36,642 nt of DNA from a virus (lineage: Duplodnaviria; Caudoviricetes). The position numbers and the translations under genes were made by a program. Every line of letters starts with the position of its first letter. Position 1 is the stretch's first letter. Location: IMG/VR virus record IMGVR_UViG_3300049009_000073, positions 1 to 36,642 of that record. The stretch is one strand, 5' to 3'. Below are positions 36,283-36,642 of this stretch, one piece after another. Below the pieces are notes generated by a model. It saw only the letters and a program-made list of their open reading frames with translations, was not told the DNA's origin and did no database searches.

Positions 36283-36436
36283 ATAAAAAAATTTTAAAAA
36301 CAGTAGGCCATTTTGCTGGTGGCTAGAAAAAAAATTGTTCGTAGCCCGTACGTTTTTGTTGGCCCTTTGCCGCCGGCCCTGCCTACCCCTACTGGCTGTA
36401 GGGTCTTTTCCATAGTGCCGGCCGGCCGCGCGGTTA

Positions 36437-36610
36437 TTGGGTCATTTGGGTCATTTGGGTCATGGTTTTAAATTGCAAGCTGGCGCCGGTGGCCATTGTC
36501 ATTTGGGTCATTTGGGTCATTGTTTTTTTGTTGACCCAAATGACCCAAAAGGCGCGGATCTGGCGCCCAGGCAAATAACCGGCTTTGGGTCATTTGGGTC
36601 ATTTTGTCAT
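36437..36610. repeat. Arrays of the 9-mer TTGGGTCAT (direct and inverted)
   Basis: Exact copies at 36437, 36446, 36455, 36503, 36512, 36585, 36594; inverted copies within 36531-36549; degenerate TTGTCAT copies at 36496 and 36604. Confidence 0.95.
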
Positions 36611-36642
36611 CGAATAAAAATTGGTGGCCGGAGACGTGTCAA

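Noticed and set aside
36385-36409. Plus-strand terminator CCCTAC-TGGCT-GTAGGG-TCTTTT
   Set aside because: Short stem, interrupted U tract and no plus-strand gene upstream; may belong to the genome-end structure but cannot be supported.
36437-36610. Mini-CRISPR array (repeat clusters separated by ~32-35 nt, with a Cas4-like gene in the genome)
   Set aside because: Units are tandem 9-mers of variable copy number and mixed orientation; the gaps share a motif rather than being unique spacers; DUF2800/Cas4-like nucleases are ordinary phage replication genes.
1-36642. Terminal direct repeat, attachment site, integrase, repressor or tRNA
   Set aside because: The window ends do not match each other, and no such genes or cloverleaf were recognised by eye; a short piece between the end and position 1, including the early promoter, may be missing.

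Overview
The window is a near-complete genome (~36.6 kb) of a tailed dsDNA bacteriophage, most likely a podovirus. It has four blocks. (1) A plus-strand cluster of small early-type genes (39-2034) closed by a terminator. (2) A replication module read outward from a divergent promoter at ~8320-8350: leftward a Cas4/DUF2800-like nuclease, a putative SSB, a family A DNA polymerase and a RepB-type primase-helicase; rightward a VRR-NUC nuclease, an SNF2-like helicase and seven small ORFs. (3) One long minus-strand late operon: terminases, P22-like portal, scaffold, coat and gp4/gp10-like tail proteins, two large fibre/spike proteins, three ejection proteins and a lysis cassette. (4) A non-coding end carrying arrays of the 9-mer TTGGGTCAT in both orientations. 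I saw no integrase, repressor, RNA polymerase, tRNA, CRISPR array or reverse transcriptase. The most unusual items are the 9-mer arrays, a strong GGCC enrichment around the putative first-injected region, a symmetric overlapping bidirectional promoter, a hairpin that buries the polymerase ribosome-binding site, a six-gene ferritin-like/fibre cassette between portal and scaffold with a possible docking peptide inserted in gp10, and a radical-SAM-like early gene. All family calls come from motif recognition and gene order by eye; no database search was run.
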